Below, one piece after another: positions 1-10,991 of a stretch of DNA of 64,000 nt. Each line of letters opens with the position of its first letter. The first letter of the stretch is position 1. A program made the position numbers and the translations under genes. Source of the stretch: Macrostomum hystrix. Its lineage: Eukaryota > Animalia > Platyhelminthes. The notes beneath the pieces are model-generated. The model worked only from the letters and a program-made list of their open reading frames with translations. It did not search any database and was not told the origin of the DNA. Where the stretch lies: contig CATNEN010000001.1 of the NCBI GenBank assembly GCA_950097015.1, positions 21,328,001-21,392,000 on the forward strand, in the 5' to 3' direction.

Positions 1-337
1 GCTGGCCAAAGCTCTGCGATCGAAAAGCGCCACCACCTCGACTAGCGCCTTGGTTGGCGCCGCCTGTTCTCTGTCGCTGGATAAGCGAGCAGATGTGGCT
101 TGTCTCCTCTGTTTCTCGACCAAATGCGACTAACTCGCCATTCACTAGGTGGATGTAGCCTACATTAGGCAAGCTGCGCATTAGTGAAGTCACATTGTCA
201 TGTCCAGCCAGATCGAGGGCGTGCCTGGCCAGGGCCCTGTACTGGGCCTGCAGCTCGCATAGTCGGACACCATTCTTAGTGCTGAGAAGTACAGCCCGAA
301 GCAGGCTGTCTTGAGCAGTGGGGCTGGGAGTCGGCAT
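1..337 (-). CDS. First coding exon of an extended LOTUS (OST-HTH) domain protein, TDRD7/TDRD5-like; runs off the window edge
   Basis: Manual translation from ATG 337: MPTPSPTAQDSLLRAVLLSTKNGVRLCELQAQYRALARHALDLAGHDNVTSLMRSLPNVGYIHLVNGELVAFGRETEETSHICSLIQRQRTGG... It resembles the TDRD7 N-terminal eLOTUS (LRAVLQSHKNGV..LQGEYRSL..LRSVP..TETARIAQLVARQRS). Acceptor ttgattttcag lies 10 nt upstream of the ATG. Not in the ORF track because no stop falls within the window. Confidence 0.85.
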   Translation of the reverse strand, partial: MPTPSPTAQDSLLRAVLLSTKNGVRLCELQAQYRALARHALDLAGHDNVTSLMRSLPNVGYIHLVNGELVAFGRETEETSHICSLIQRQRTGGANQGASRGGGAFRSQSFGQ

Positions 338-1062
338 GAATAAACAGCTGAAAATCAATATATAAGGATTAGAGCAAAGAAGCTAGCTAAGGAAAATGCT
401 GTATACTTTATCTATATATATAAAAGTGAAAACTCTGTCTGTCTGTCTGTCTGTGTGTGTGTGTGTGTGTGTGTGCAACCTTTTGTCTTTATAGACGCCG
501 AAACCGCTCAACTAAATCGCACCAAACTTTGCACATACCTAAAACCACCTACGCTGAGTGCAATAGGCTACTCAAATTCCCGAAAAATCATTTCCTTCCT
601 GCTCAAAAGTGCAAAAAACTGCTCAAAAATCGTCAAAAAATCACTCAATTCGACATATCGTCGCCCCACTTTGTCAGATTTTCTCCAAATTTGATCCACT
701 TACACTTTACATGTTTTCCAATAATGCTGTCAATTTTGAACATCTCTACTCAATCCAGAGCAAAGCTGCATCATCTCAAAGTGAGTCACTTTTTGTTTTC
801 CGAGGACAGCCACCCCAACTCCCCTCCGCCACTCTGCGGGCCAAATTTTATTACAGCCACCCCCTCCCTTCCCCGGGCGCCGAAGCCCCAGACTGTACAT
901 TGTATTTCAAGCCGTGAATGTACACAGCCCAAACCCCTAGACTGTCTACTGGCCCCCAAGCAGCACTGAGACTGAGTGCGGTGAGTGCGGTGGCGTCCCA
1001 GTGCGCAGGGCTCTCCGGTCGATATTTCTCTCCAGCCAGCCTGGGATAGAAGAAAGAGAGAG

Positions 1063-1686
1063 GCTGGCGTTGACTGGCTGTCAGAGAGGGCAATTCTGTG
1101 TCCTAGAAATGATGCCGCCAACGAAACTAACTACCAACTGCTTCAGGAGTTGCCAGGTGCAGTTTTCACCTACAAGTCAATTGATACAACGTTGACTGAT
1201 GACACCGCTGTGGAGTATCCTGTTGAGTTTCTGAACTCTCTAGATCCTCCTGGAACTCCATCGCACAACTTGCAGCTGAAAGTTGGGGCACCAATTATGC
1301 TCCTCCGCAACCTGAATGCGCCAAGGCTGTGTAACGGCACCAGACTGATAGTCAGGCGGCTCTTCCCACACGTGATTGAGGCCACGATAATGACTGGATC
1401 TGGCAGAGGAGAGTCTGTGTTCGTTCCCCGGATTCCAATTATCCCCACGGACCTGCCATTTCAGTTCAAGCGACTGCAGTTCCCTGTGAGAGTGTGCTTT
1501 GCGATAACTATTAACAAGGCTCAGGGACAGTCGCTGAAGGTGGCTGGCATCAACCTGGAGACTCCTTGCTTCTCGCATGGGCAGCTTTATGTCGCCTGCT
1601 CCCGTGTTGGAACTCCAGCTGGCCTATTCATTTTCGCACCAAGGGGAAGAACGAAGAATGTGGTGTATCCCCAGGCCTTGAGGTGA
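1063..1686 (+). pseudogene. Helitron RepHel Pif1-family (SF1B) helicase, C-terminal fragment only
   Basis: ORF 985..1686 contains WLSERAILCPRN, YPVEFLNSLDPPG, LKVGAPIMLLRNLN..LCNGTRL, FKRLQFPVRVCFAITINKAQGQSL and FSHGQLYVACSRV. The Rep domain and helicase motifs I-III are absent. Confidence 0.9.
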
Positions 1687-1838
1687 CTCGCAAGCAATTA
1701 ATAGAAAAGTAGTCACGAATTGACCTTGACCTGTCTAACTCTGAACTCTGAAACAGTTTAATTTTGTTTCTTTGATATTGTTATTGTTATGCCATGGCTA
1801 TTTTCCTTATGTATACGCGTGTACATGCATACTGTATA

Positions 1839-2112
1839 CAGAGGCAGATTTAGGGGGGGGGCGGGGGGGCAGTCGCCCCCCTAAATTTTAATCATGGGAA
1901 TAAGATGCCCCCACCAGGGGCGCCAGTCGCAGCACTGGCGCCCCTTTTCGGCCGCTGGCGCACCTTTTTCAGCCGCTGGCTCCCGTTTTTCAGCCGCTGG
2001 CGCCCTTTCTTGGCTCCTGGCGCCCTTTTTCGGCCGCTGGCACCCCCTCTGTGATTCTCATGGCGCTCCCCTGACAGACCGCCCCAAAACAAAATTCCTG
2101 GATCTGCCACTG
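1839..2112. mobile_element. hAT-type MITE nested in Helitron copy 1
   Basis: Imperfect TIRs CAGAGGCAGATTTAGG / CCTGGATCTGCCACTG; exact 8-bp TSD ACTGTATA at 1831-1838 and 2113-2120; internal gccgctggcgccc subrepeats. Confidence 0.85.
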
Positions 2113-2349
2113 ACTGTATAGAGGAGTGGCTAAGAGACATGTTTCTAAAGAAGTAATCAAGAGGGGGCTTTTTGGACAAACTTTTCACTTATTTTTTACT
2201 TAAAACGCCCTTAAACAAACTCTTCACTTTTCATTAATGCTGTAAATAAATAAATGGTGACCTTCACTATAAAGTTAATACAGAGACGTGAATTGCTTAC
2301 TGCTTTGCTTTAAATTTCTGCCCCAAAAACAACGGGCAAAAAAAGCTAG

Positions 2350-3489
2350 TCTATATATAAAAGTGAAAATATATTGTGTGTGTGCAACCTTTTGTCTTTA
2401 TAGACGCCGAAACCGCTCAACCAAATCGCACCAAACTTGCACATACCTAAAACCACCTACGCTGATTGCAATAGGCTACTCAAATTCCCGAAAAATCATT
2501 TCCTTCCTGCTCAAAATTGCAAAAAACTGCTCAAAAATCGTCAAAAAATCACTCAATTCGACATATCGTCGCCCCACTTTGTCAGATTTTCTCCAAATTT
2601 GATCCACTTACACTTTACATGTTATCCAACAATGCTGTCAATTTTGAACATCTCTACTCAATCCAGAGCAAAGCTGCATCATCTCAAAGTGAGTCACTTT
2701 TTGTTTTCCGAGGACAGCCACCCCAACTCCCCTCCGCCACTCTGCGGGCCAAATTTTATTACAGCCACCCCCTCCCTTCCCCGGGCGCCGAAGCCCCAGA
2801 CTGTACATTGTATTTCAAGCCGTGAATGTACACAGCCCAAACCCCTAGACTGTCTACTGGCCCCCAAGCAGCACTGAGACTGAGTGCGGTGAGTGCGGTG
2901 GCGTCCCAGTGCGCAGGGCTCTCCGGTCGATATTTCTCTCCAGCCAGCCTGGGATAGAAGAAAGAGAGGCTGGCGTTGACTGGCTGTCAGAGAGGGCAAT
3001 TCTGAGTCCTAGAAATGATGCCCAAAATTTTAATCATGGGAATAAGATGCCCCCACCAGGGGCGCCAGTCGCAGCACTGGCGCCCCTTTTCGGCCGCTGG
3101 CGCCCCTTTTTCAGCCGCTGGCTCCCGTTTTTCAGCCGCTGGCGCCCTTTCTTGGCTCCTGGCGCCCTTTTTCGGCCGCTGGCACCCCCTCTGTGATTCT
3201 CATGGCGCTCCCCTGACAGACCGCCCCAAAACAAAATTCCTGGATCTGCCACTGACTGTATAGAGGAGTGGCTAAGAGACATGTTTCTAAAGAAGTAATC
3301 AAGAGGGGGCTGTTTGGACAAACTTTTCACTTATTTTTTACTTAAACGCCCTTAAACAAACTCTTCACTTTTCATTAATGCAGTAAATAAATAAATGGTG
3401 ACCTTCACTATAAAGTTAATACAGAGACGTGAATTGCTTACTGCTTTGCTTTAACTTTCTGCCCCAAAAACAACAGGCAAAAAAGCTAG
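2350..3489 (+). mobile_element. Helitron copy 2, head-to-tail with copy 1, further deleted
   Basis: Starts TCTATATATAAAAGTG directly after the copy 1 CTAG and is near-identical to copy 1. A junction near 3022 removes the equivalent of about 1117-1880. Ends CTAG at 3489 followed by T3490, so the A|T target flanks the whole dimer. Confidence 0.9.
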
Positions 3490-3915
3490 TATAAGTATAA
3501 AAGTGTAATTGCGAGGTTCACCAGACAAAATTATATCTAAGAAAACACGATTTACACACGTGTACCACGAAGTATATTTTAGTAATTTTAAACTTCGAAG
3601 AAAAAAGCACAAAGTACGTTTCATAGGGGAATCATAGCATACTATAAAATAACGTAGTATACGATACGACAATTACCTTGCTTGTGACACACATGTTGCT
3701 AAAAGTTATAAACAATAAGAGAAGAAAATGGTAAAAATATATATTAAATTGGAAATCAGAATGATAAAATTCCTAGCCAAGTTTTCTAAGAAAGCCATAA
3801 TAAGTGCTACTAATTATTAGTACTTACTCCAGTAGAAGAAATATCTGTCCTGACTCCTGACCGTTAATTAAACAAACCTGGTAGTTAGTCCTCGCCGGTC
3901 GTCTACGCCGGTTCG

Positions 3916-4500
3916 TCATATTACACGACGGTTAGCAACACGCATATAAATAGCATTCGATTCGAGAAATATTCGAACAATCGACAGTTTCGGAATCGCC
4001 ATCGAATGACCGCACAGCAAGTTCTGCTGGAGATAAGCAAAGCTAGGAAATGGTAGCGTAGTACGCGTAGCTAGAACATCGGTAGACACTGACATCAGCC
4101 ATTCTTTTGCATCGCTGTAAGCGAGAAAACATCCAAAGCCGAGACCAACCAGTCGTACTAAGTTTGTCTTCGGCTCTTGACTCGGTTGATCAGGAGACCA
4201 GAGCAGATTCAGATTGTTGCAAGTAAGTCCCATCAAATACACGGACTCTTTGTTCATCACGACCAGTCGGCGACCGACCACTGCGATGTCGACAACATTT
4301 TCTACTGGAATCTGAGAGCGCTCTTGAACTTCCAGTGTCTCCGAAGACAGGCACAAAAGTTTTGAGTTGCTACCGAGAACGAATATTTTGCTGGCACAGC
4401 CCGTTACTCGCAAAGGGTGCTCAAATTGGAGTAAGCACACAGTGTGGAGAACTGAGCCAGCCAAATCTGTCACCACTAGGTTTGAATCAAAAAACAACAA
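3916..4500 (-). CDS. Putative beta-strand-rich (propeller-like) protein exon or pseudogene, family unknown
   Basis: 194-codon non-repetitive open frame with raised GC in AT-rich surroundings. No ATG start and no recognised family. Confidence 0.35.
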   Translation of the reverse strand: MLFFDSNLVVTDLAGSVLHTVCLLQFEHPLRVTGCASKIFVLGSNSKLLCLSSETLEVQERSQIPVENVVDIAVVGRRLVVMNKESVYLMGLTCNNLNLLWSPDQPSQEPKTNLVRLVGLGFGCFLAYSDAKEWLMSVSTDVLATRTTLPFPSFAYLQQNLLCGHSMAIPKLSIVRIFLESNAIYMRVANRRVI

Positions 4501-5260
4501 ATAGAACTACTGTTGTTTGTCGCTACAGTAACAAGACATCAGGTCAGATAGGTGTGAAACTTCCCATTTGGCGATGTGGAGAGGCTCTCCGCTTGTAAAT
4601 ATATAAATATTTGTAGAAATTGATTTATTAGGGCTAGTCTAAGTGCTAATTAGACAATAAAAACAATTGAAGTATGCAGCTAAATATTTTGAAAAGCCTA
4701 CTCCTAACATTTACCAAACTAGTGTTTAGCATTAAGAAAGTATATTTGCCTGTTTAAATTGCACTTTTTGTTGTTGTGATTTGGAATCACATTAACAACA
4801 ATTATAACACAGCTGTTTTAATAACAAAATGAAAAAAAAATAATACACAAATGAAGAAAAAAAATTTAAACAATCCATTTTAGATTTAAAACTATAAATG
4901 ATTATAATGTTAAAATTAGAAGCATTATATTTCTATAGGGCCTATGCTTTGTTTTTATAATAATAATATAGACAATATGATATTTAAGCCTAACTATCTT
5001 TGTTTGTTCCTTTTTAAACAGCTATAGCAGTGTAATATGACAATATAATATGGTGCCTAGAAAATGTAGTGTCCTAGTTGTGCCACTATCAGTAGGCCTA
5101 GGCCTATTTGATATCATTGGATGAGATGCCTAAGCAACAAGATAAGCAAAGGCAAATTAGCAGTTTTGTTATTGACAAAGTTAATAGTACTAGGTGTACA
5201 GGTGGATAGTAGCATGGCCAATATAGCATTGGGGCCTAGTCAGTAAAATTAGTAAAATTT

Positions 5261-5426
5261 TACACCACTTCACACCTCTTCAGATGCAATGCCAGGCCTA
5301 CGGAGATCACGTTAGAAAACCTCTGGGCTGATCCTGTTAAGGCCGCCACCTTCCTGAGACTACCGACGAGCGAGGTAGAGTGTGAGCGTCCCGAACTAGC
5401 CTAAAGGAAGGCTACAACATACAACA
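5261..5426 (+). mobile_element. 3' remnant of a non-LTR retrotransposon (LINE)
   Basis: Frame reads YTTSHLFRCNARPTEITLENLWADPVKAATFLRLPTSEVECERPELA* (stop 5402-5404), resembling the HLFxC..PT..LW..P..AA.FL end of LINE ORF2 proteins, followed by an ACAAC-type tail. Clade not assigned. Confidence 0.65.
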
Positions 5427-7555
5427 CATTGCTAATCCGGGCTGCATCTCGCTGCTTTTATATATTTTTTGTTAATTAAAAGTAAAGTACTTGTCTTCGT
5501 TCCTCGAACCCAGTTTCTGTTTAAGGCAGTGTTTTCACAGTGTACTCTTTGAGCACTCTTAAGTACTCGTACTCTGGTACTCTTTAAGGGCGTAGCAATA
5601 GAGTACTCTGGTATTCATTTAAAGTGCGTACTTTGAAGTGGGCGAGTACTTTTTAAAGTGCAACGCATTTCAGTCTGTCATCATCAATCCTAATTTTGTA
5701 CTAGATGAAAGTGTCAATAATCGCTGGTACATTAGTACATTCTCGCAACGTAAAATTAGTAGATTTATTATATGCATTTTAAAGATACCTTGCTTAGGAA
5801 ATAACAGATATGTTATTAGTCCCATTAATTATACCCTACGTACTGAAGTAACACAACATAATATATGGTAACGTGGCTTGATGGCACTGCTAATGTGTGT
5901 GTCTGCCCATTCGTGTTGTTGCATGTACAAAACAAGTGCTGTTTGGATAAATCTTTCCTTTAATTATGTTTTACGTTTTTTGACAGATGGGCATAGATAG
6001 ACAGGTAGATAGATCTCATACTGTCTCTCTCACTCTCCGATTCTCTGCGCTCCCTCCCGCTGTTTTAATTTTGTTTATTTTGTTCCCTAATAAAAACAAA
6101 AATTCACCCTCTCCCTCCATATGGGGGTCCCACATTCGGCTGTCAGTCAGTCAAGGAGATATTAGCGCTCATCAAGATTTTGATACAGGAGTCAATGATG
6201 CAGTAGTCTGCTCTATTAAAGTGCTTCAGTGAGTATCCTCAGTACAAAGGCCGCTAAGTTTTGGAATATTTACAACGGTTTTTTGTTCATTTTATTGGGT
6301 GACATGATCAGAAGTAAAAAATAATTTCGAAATATTGAGCAATTAATGCACTTCAACCTGCTAAGGTGGCACACCTTCAATCTAGTATACATACAGTATA
6401 TTCTTAGCGCGAGTTTAAATTGGCCCACAACATAATAACTAGGTAAACAAAATGAAAACTGGTTGAAGCTGATATAAAAAAGTTTCTTTTATAACACTTA
6501 ACAGTTAAAAAAATAATTTTTTAATTTTAAATTTTAAATTTTAAACTTTTTAAATAATTTTTGTTAGGCCTACGGCTACTAATTACAGCAAGTCTAGAAA
6601 AATCTCCATAATCCGTAACCATAACCTCAAAATATGTCCTTAACCATAATCCGTAATGAAAATACGGCTTCAAAAGTGCCGTAGCCGTAGTTTGCCGTAG
6701 CCGTAGCCGTAATTACAGCGGAACACTACCTAGTACTAAGAATCATACTAAGAACCATACTAAGAGAGAATTATACTCAGAATTATACCAGGAATCTTAG
6801 GCCTACTAAGAGGGAACTGCTAAACTCTAATCTTAGAGACGCCTAATTGACTGGAAATTTACCGCTCGTGCAATACAAACGCTACCATTAGAGTATTGAA
6901 GCTTGCAAAAGGAATAACATTGCGTAATATCTAGAATTAAACAGCTCATTTTAGGACCGCCAGTTTAAAGCAAAAGAAACCTACTGGATTGTGGTAACAG
7001 CAGTGAGATAAAAGATAGCCCTGTAACAACTTTGGTGTCAGCGATATTAGATAGCCATGTAACAACTTTGGTGTCAGCGATAGGATAATAGTTAAATCTA
7101 ATATAGACCTATTCCAATATTCTAAACATCTGTTTCACAGCAGGTACTGTCAACGTAGTTATACACTGGCATAAAACAATTCTGCATAAATTTTAAGATG
7201 CATAAAAATCAACTTACCTTGATTACTTGACTAGGCCTGCCATTTACTTGGTTATTGAACAAAATATAGATTTCAGTGTTCTCGGCAGTCCTAAGCCGTA
7301 GTCCCTACTACTAAGTTATTAATTAACATTGACTGCGAAATATGTACTGGCGTAATACCTAAAAAACAATGCGATCGATATTACATAGAATTGTCTAATT
7401 CTGATTTGTTTGCAACATCTTGTGTTTGAGATATTCTCTACAGTCTACTTTAAGTAGAAATAAAAAACTGTTTTTACTGCTAAAAATTTAAAGCAATTTT
7501 TTTTCTCTTGCTTTGGTGACGACAGGGTCTCGCAGCCGCAGCCAGCGAAAGAAAA

Positions 7556-7825
7556 CAATTGCCCATTTCGCGGAATCCTGACACACGCACGCAGATACTG
7601 AACGCAGATACTGTACACATACTCACCAGCCGTGACTGCTGTGCCTTTTTCATCGTTAGGCAGTGTATACGTTCACTGTGCGTTCAAAGTAGGCCCTAAT
7701 TGCACGACAAATCTTTATGCCACCCCTTTGCGGCTGCGCCACAGATAAATCTTGCCGCGGAATACCGCGAAGCTCAGCTTGCGGAATCATACAGCTTGGG
7801 TGCGATCGCTCTACCACTAACTCCC
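7556..7825 (-). mobile_element. tRNA-derived SINE, old diverged copy
   Basis: Shares body segments (cagatactgtac, tttttcatcgttaggcagtgta, gcggctgcgcc) with the copies at 40.1, 48.1, 55.5 and 58.1 kb. Confidence 0.65.
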
Positions 7826-7975
7826 ACTGTTTCATAAAAATTATGCAATTCATTTCATTTATTGAAAAGCAATCTATGAATGTAAATTAACAAGATACAT
7901 TTCATACTACGGCTAATCCTGGCTTACTCAGAAAATCATTCATGAAACCTTCAAAATCAAATAAGACAGTAAGCA

Positions 7976-8000
7976 AAAACGGCCCTTTTATGGTCCACCA
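7976..8000 (+). other. Degenerate histone-mRNA-type 3' stem-loop motif, no histone ORF
   Basis: AAAAC-GGCCCTTTTATGGTCC-ACCA; two stem mismatches relative to the metazoan consensus. Confidence 0.45.
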
Positions 8001-8551
8001 CATTATCAATAGTTTAGAAATATAAGAGATTACTTAGTTGTATATTTTTACGTCTCGTTTCCTATAGATTTCTAAACTAGAATTGAATAAAAAGTCCATA
8101 AATCAGTATTTTGAAACACACGCCAGCAGTTCCTAGCGAGCAATTGTCATTTAAGAATTATTAGAGCATCGGCTAGACAACCCTATTAATTCAACTGAAT
8201 CAAACTGTTGCACTACAACTGTGCAACTATGTACATGTACATGTATTTGCATTTATGCCTAATCTTATATTAGCTTATTAAAATCAAGCATTTCATATAT
8301 GATTTTTTAAAACATTAACACGAAAAGTCTAATCGAAAAGCTCCTACTGATATTCAGTAAACAGTCCACAATTGAAGGCGAGTTGACAAATTTATTTTAC
8401 AAATGATCACACCAATTTTACACATTTAGAAATGACACAAGCATTAAAAGCCACGAGAAGCTGTCAAAAGGGACGTTGTTTACGTGCTCAAACTGGATTT
8501 AAAATGCAAAACCTGACCCCGTTCAGTGCACTGTGCAATCACCCCTTCTAT

Positions 8552-8688
8552 TGTCCACTGATCTCCTCTAATGTCCACTTGATCTTCTCTAATGTCCACT
8601 GATCCTCTCCATTTTCCACTGATCTTCTCTAATGTCCACTTGATCTTCTCTAATGTCCACTGATCTTCTCTAATGTCCACTGATCCCT
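8552..8688. repeat. ~20-nt minisatellite in the C9orf78 3' UTR
   Basis: Unit tgatcttctctaatgtccac. Confidence 0.85.
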
Positions 8689-8694
8689 TCCAAA

Positions 8695-10031
8695 TCAGCC
8701 CTTGGATGCAGATCCTCCAGCGCCACCCTGAGACCGCTTGAGCTCCAGCAGTTCGCGAATCTCCGCAGTCAGCTGCGAGCCGGCAGTGGCTGCGTAGCCC
8801 CCACGACTTCGTCCTCGATGGCCGCCAACGGCGCCGCCGCCACGACTGTCCGACGGTCTGGCAGCCGCAGCCACGTCGCGCCGGCGAAAGAACGGGCCCG
8901 TAACGCGCTGCCGCCAACGCTGGTGCTGCACAAACTGCTCCGCTGCGCTGCCCGACTGCTGGAAGTTGGACGCCAGATTGGCTGGTACGAGGTCCGGCCG
9001 ACCACCTGACGCGACGGCAGCAGCAGCTGCGGCGGCTCGCTCGTTCAGCAGCTTCTGCTTGGCCTCTTCGGTGGCTTCGATATTGCGAATGCGGGCCTGA
9101 ATTCCGAGGTCCACCTGCATTGGTTGGGGAATAGACCGATGCGCAGTGATGCATCAGTGACTGAGATCTGATTGGTTGTGGCACAGACCTATGCGCACTG
9201 ATGCGTCATTGACTGAGATGTGATTGGTTGGAGCACAGACTGATGCGCATTGATGCGTCATTGACTGCGATCTGACACTACTGTCACACACTGGGATCTG
9301 ACACTCCTGACGAACACTGGGATCTGACACTCCTGACACACACTGGGATCTGACACTCCTGACACACACTGGGATCTGACACTCCTGACGAACACTGGGA
9401 TCTGACACTCCTGAAGAACACAGGGATCTGACACTCCTGACGAACACTGGGATCTGACACTCCTGACACATGCTGGTGTGATGCGTACCTCGGGAATACC
9501 CTGCAGGACGGCTTGCGAAGCCTCGGACTGTTGCTTGATTGTCGGCCGCAGCTCTGGTCGCACCGCCAGCAGAGGGTCGCGCATCGCGGCCGACTCAGCC
9601 GATGCGTCGCCGTCGTCTTTGCCACCGGGGCCGCCCTCGCCAGCGGGTCGTCTTTTGAGCAGTTCGGCTTCAACGAATTGCTTCATAGCAGCGTCCTGCT
9701 CCTGAGCGCGCGACTCCTGCGCGAACTGCAGCGTCGAATCCTGCAGGCCGCCTGCTTCTTTAAGTCGCTTGCCCTCGGTGACTTCGTCGTCGGAGTCGTT
9801 AGCGTCAACGCGACGGCGAGGCCGCTGACGTCGAACCCCCAGGACCAGCTCAGCGTCGGTCAGTCCGTGCGGCCGAGAGCGCATTCGCTGCGCCTCCAGC
9901 AGCAGTCGCATCTCCTCGGATCGGCTCGAAGAGTTCTTCGCCGCTCCGTTGGCATTCGACTCGCCTGTCTCGACGTCGCTCTCGCCCTCGGAAGAGGAGC
10001 TTTCGGCTATTCGTTGTCTAACGCAGCGAGG
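8695..10031 (-). CDS. C9orf78: C9orf78/TLS1 (HCA59-domain) splicing factor homolog; exons 10031-9489 and 9114-8695; first exon unresolved
   Basis: Spliced product ..SEEMRLLLEAQRMRSRPHGL..QFAQESRAQEQDAAMKQFVEAELLKRR..AVLQGIPE|VDLGIQARIRNIEATEEAKQKLL..LVPANLASNF matches the family motifs GIPEVDLGI..KIKNI..TE.AK and VPTNMAVN. GT-AG phase 0 intron at 9488-9115; AATAAA at 8391-8396 on the minus strand. Candidate first exon ATG near 10533. Confidence 0.92.
9288..9470. repeat. 26-nt minisatellite in the C9orf78 intron
   Basis: Unit acactgggatctgacactcctgacga. Confidence 0.9.
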
Positions 10032-10332
10032 CTGAGGACAATATGAAAGTTTTGCTCAAATAGTTAGAGCTCACGTCTTGGCTTTTTTAATTCAAAGCGA
10101 GGGAAAATGTAACTTAAATTATGAGAGTGCAAGTGGTCAATAAAATATGATAAAATATGAGTAACTTTGTGAATCGTAACAACTTTTAACTGCGATTTTT
10201 ATCGCTGTTTGCTTACTAAATAATCCTTAAAATGCACTACTTGCATCTTTTATGTTTCTTCTACTCTACTTATAGTAGAGAGCATGAAAAAGCTATATTA
10301 TTCTTACTTGTACTGAAGTTGCCTGAAAAGTT

Positions 10333-10357
10333 AAAACGGCCCTTTTTAGGTCCACCA
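10333..10357 (+). other. Histone-mRNA-type 3' stem-loop motif (one stem mismatch), no histone ORF
   Basis: AAAAC-GGCCCTTTTTAGGTCC-ACCA. Confidence 0.55.
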
Positions 10358-10991
10358 TCGACGAATACTTTAACTTCCACCATACGTCTAGAAACGATCA
10401 AATATATGAAGGTTTTTCCAACCCTAGACAAATTCTTACAAAAGAACTTGCAAAAAATCGAAAGCAAGACCACATGTTCTAATAAGCACAAATAGACGGT
10501 TTTAATATTTAATATTACTTACGACGAGTTCATGAGGTGGTTGGGTGTGATTATTATAAATTCTAGGTGGGCAGATAACAATCAGCTGCTAAATAGACGG
10601 CGTTGTCCATCAACTAGTGGGCACAAAAGCATTAGCGTAAACTATTCGGATAGTTTATTTAAGGTGACTGATTCTACGTTCACTACTAATAGTACGACAT
10701 AAATATAAAGGACAACGAACGAAGCGTAGATACGAACATGGGACTCGTTCGCAAACTATTTCACTTGGGTGTACAGGATAAGCCAAACAGAATTAAGACA
10801 GCTTAGAAACAATCAACACTGAAAAACTAACAAACATATCGCGAGGTGCGAATGTGCACGCTTGTGCGAGCGTTGCAGGCTGACGCTAATCTCTGTGCCG
10901 TCATAGTGGGTCAGCTCCACTCTGATTGACTTCCTTCTCTCCTCTCTCCTCAGTATGCATACCTCCCTTATTGGCTAAATTGGCTAAATCC

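Larger units (their letters stand above)
411..2349 (+). mobile_element. Helitron, internally deleted (copy 1)
   Basis: 5' terminus TC (tctatatatataaaag) preceded by A410; (TCTG)n/(TG)n microsatellite near the 5' end; Pif1-type helicase fragment; 3' imperfect hairpin tgccc..gggca followed by CTAG ending at 2349. Confidence 0.9.

Noticed and set aside
455-3330. Duplicated short ORFs in the Helitron termini and MITE
   Set aside because: Non-coding transposon sequence with no protein motifs.
6664-6682. Hairpin ACGGCTTCAAAAGTGCCGT as a fourth histone-like stem-loop
   Set aside because: Wrong stem geometry and no ACCA flank; it lies within CCGTAG/CCATAA micro-repeats.
9513-10046. 177-aa plus-strand ORF, and similar antisense ORFs over KChIP, the nuclear receptor and the GPCR
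   Set aside because: Shadow frames of GC-rich coding exons on the opposite strand.
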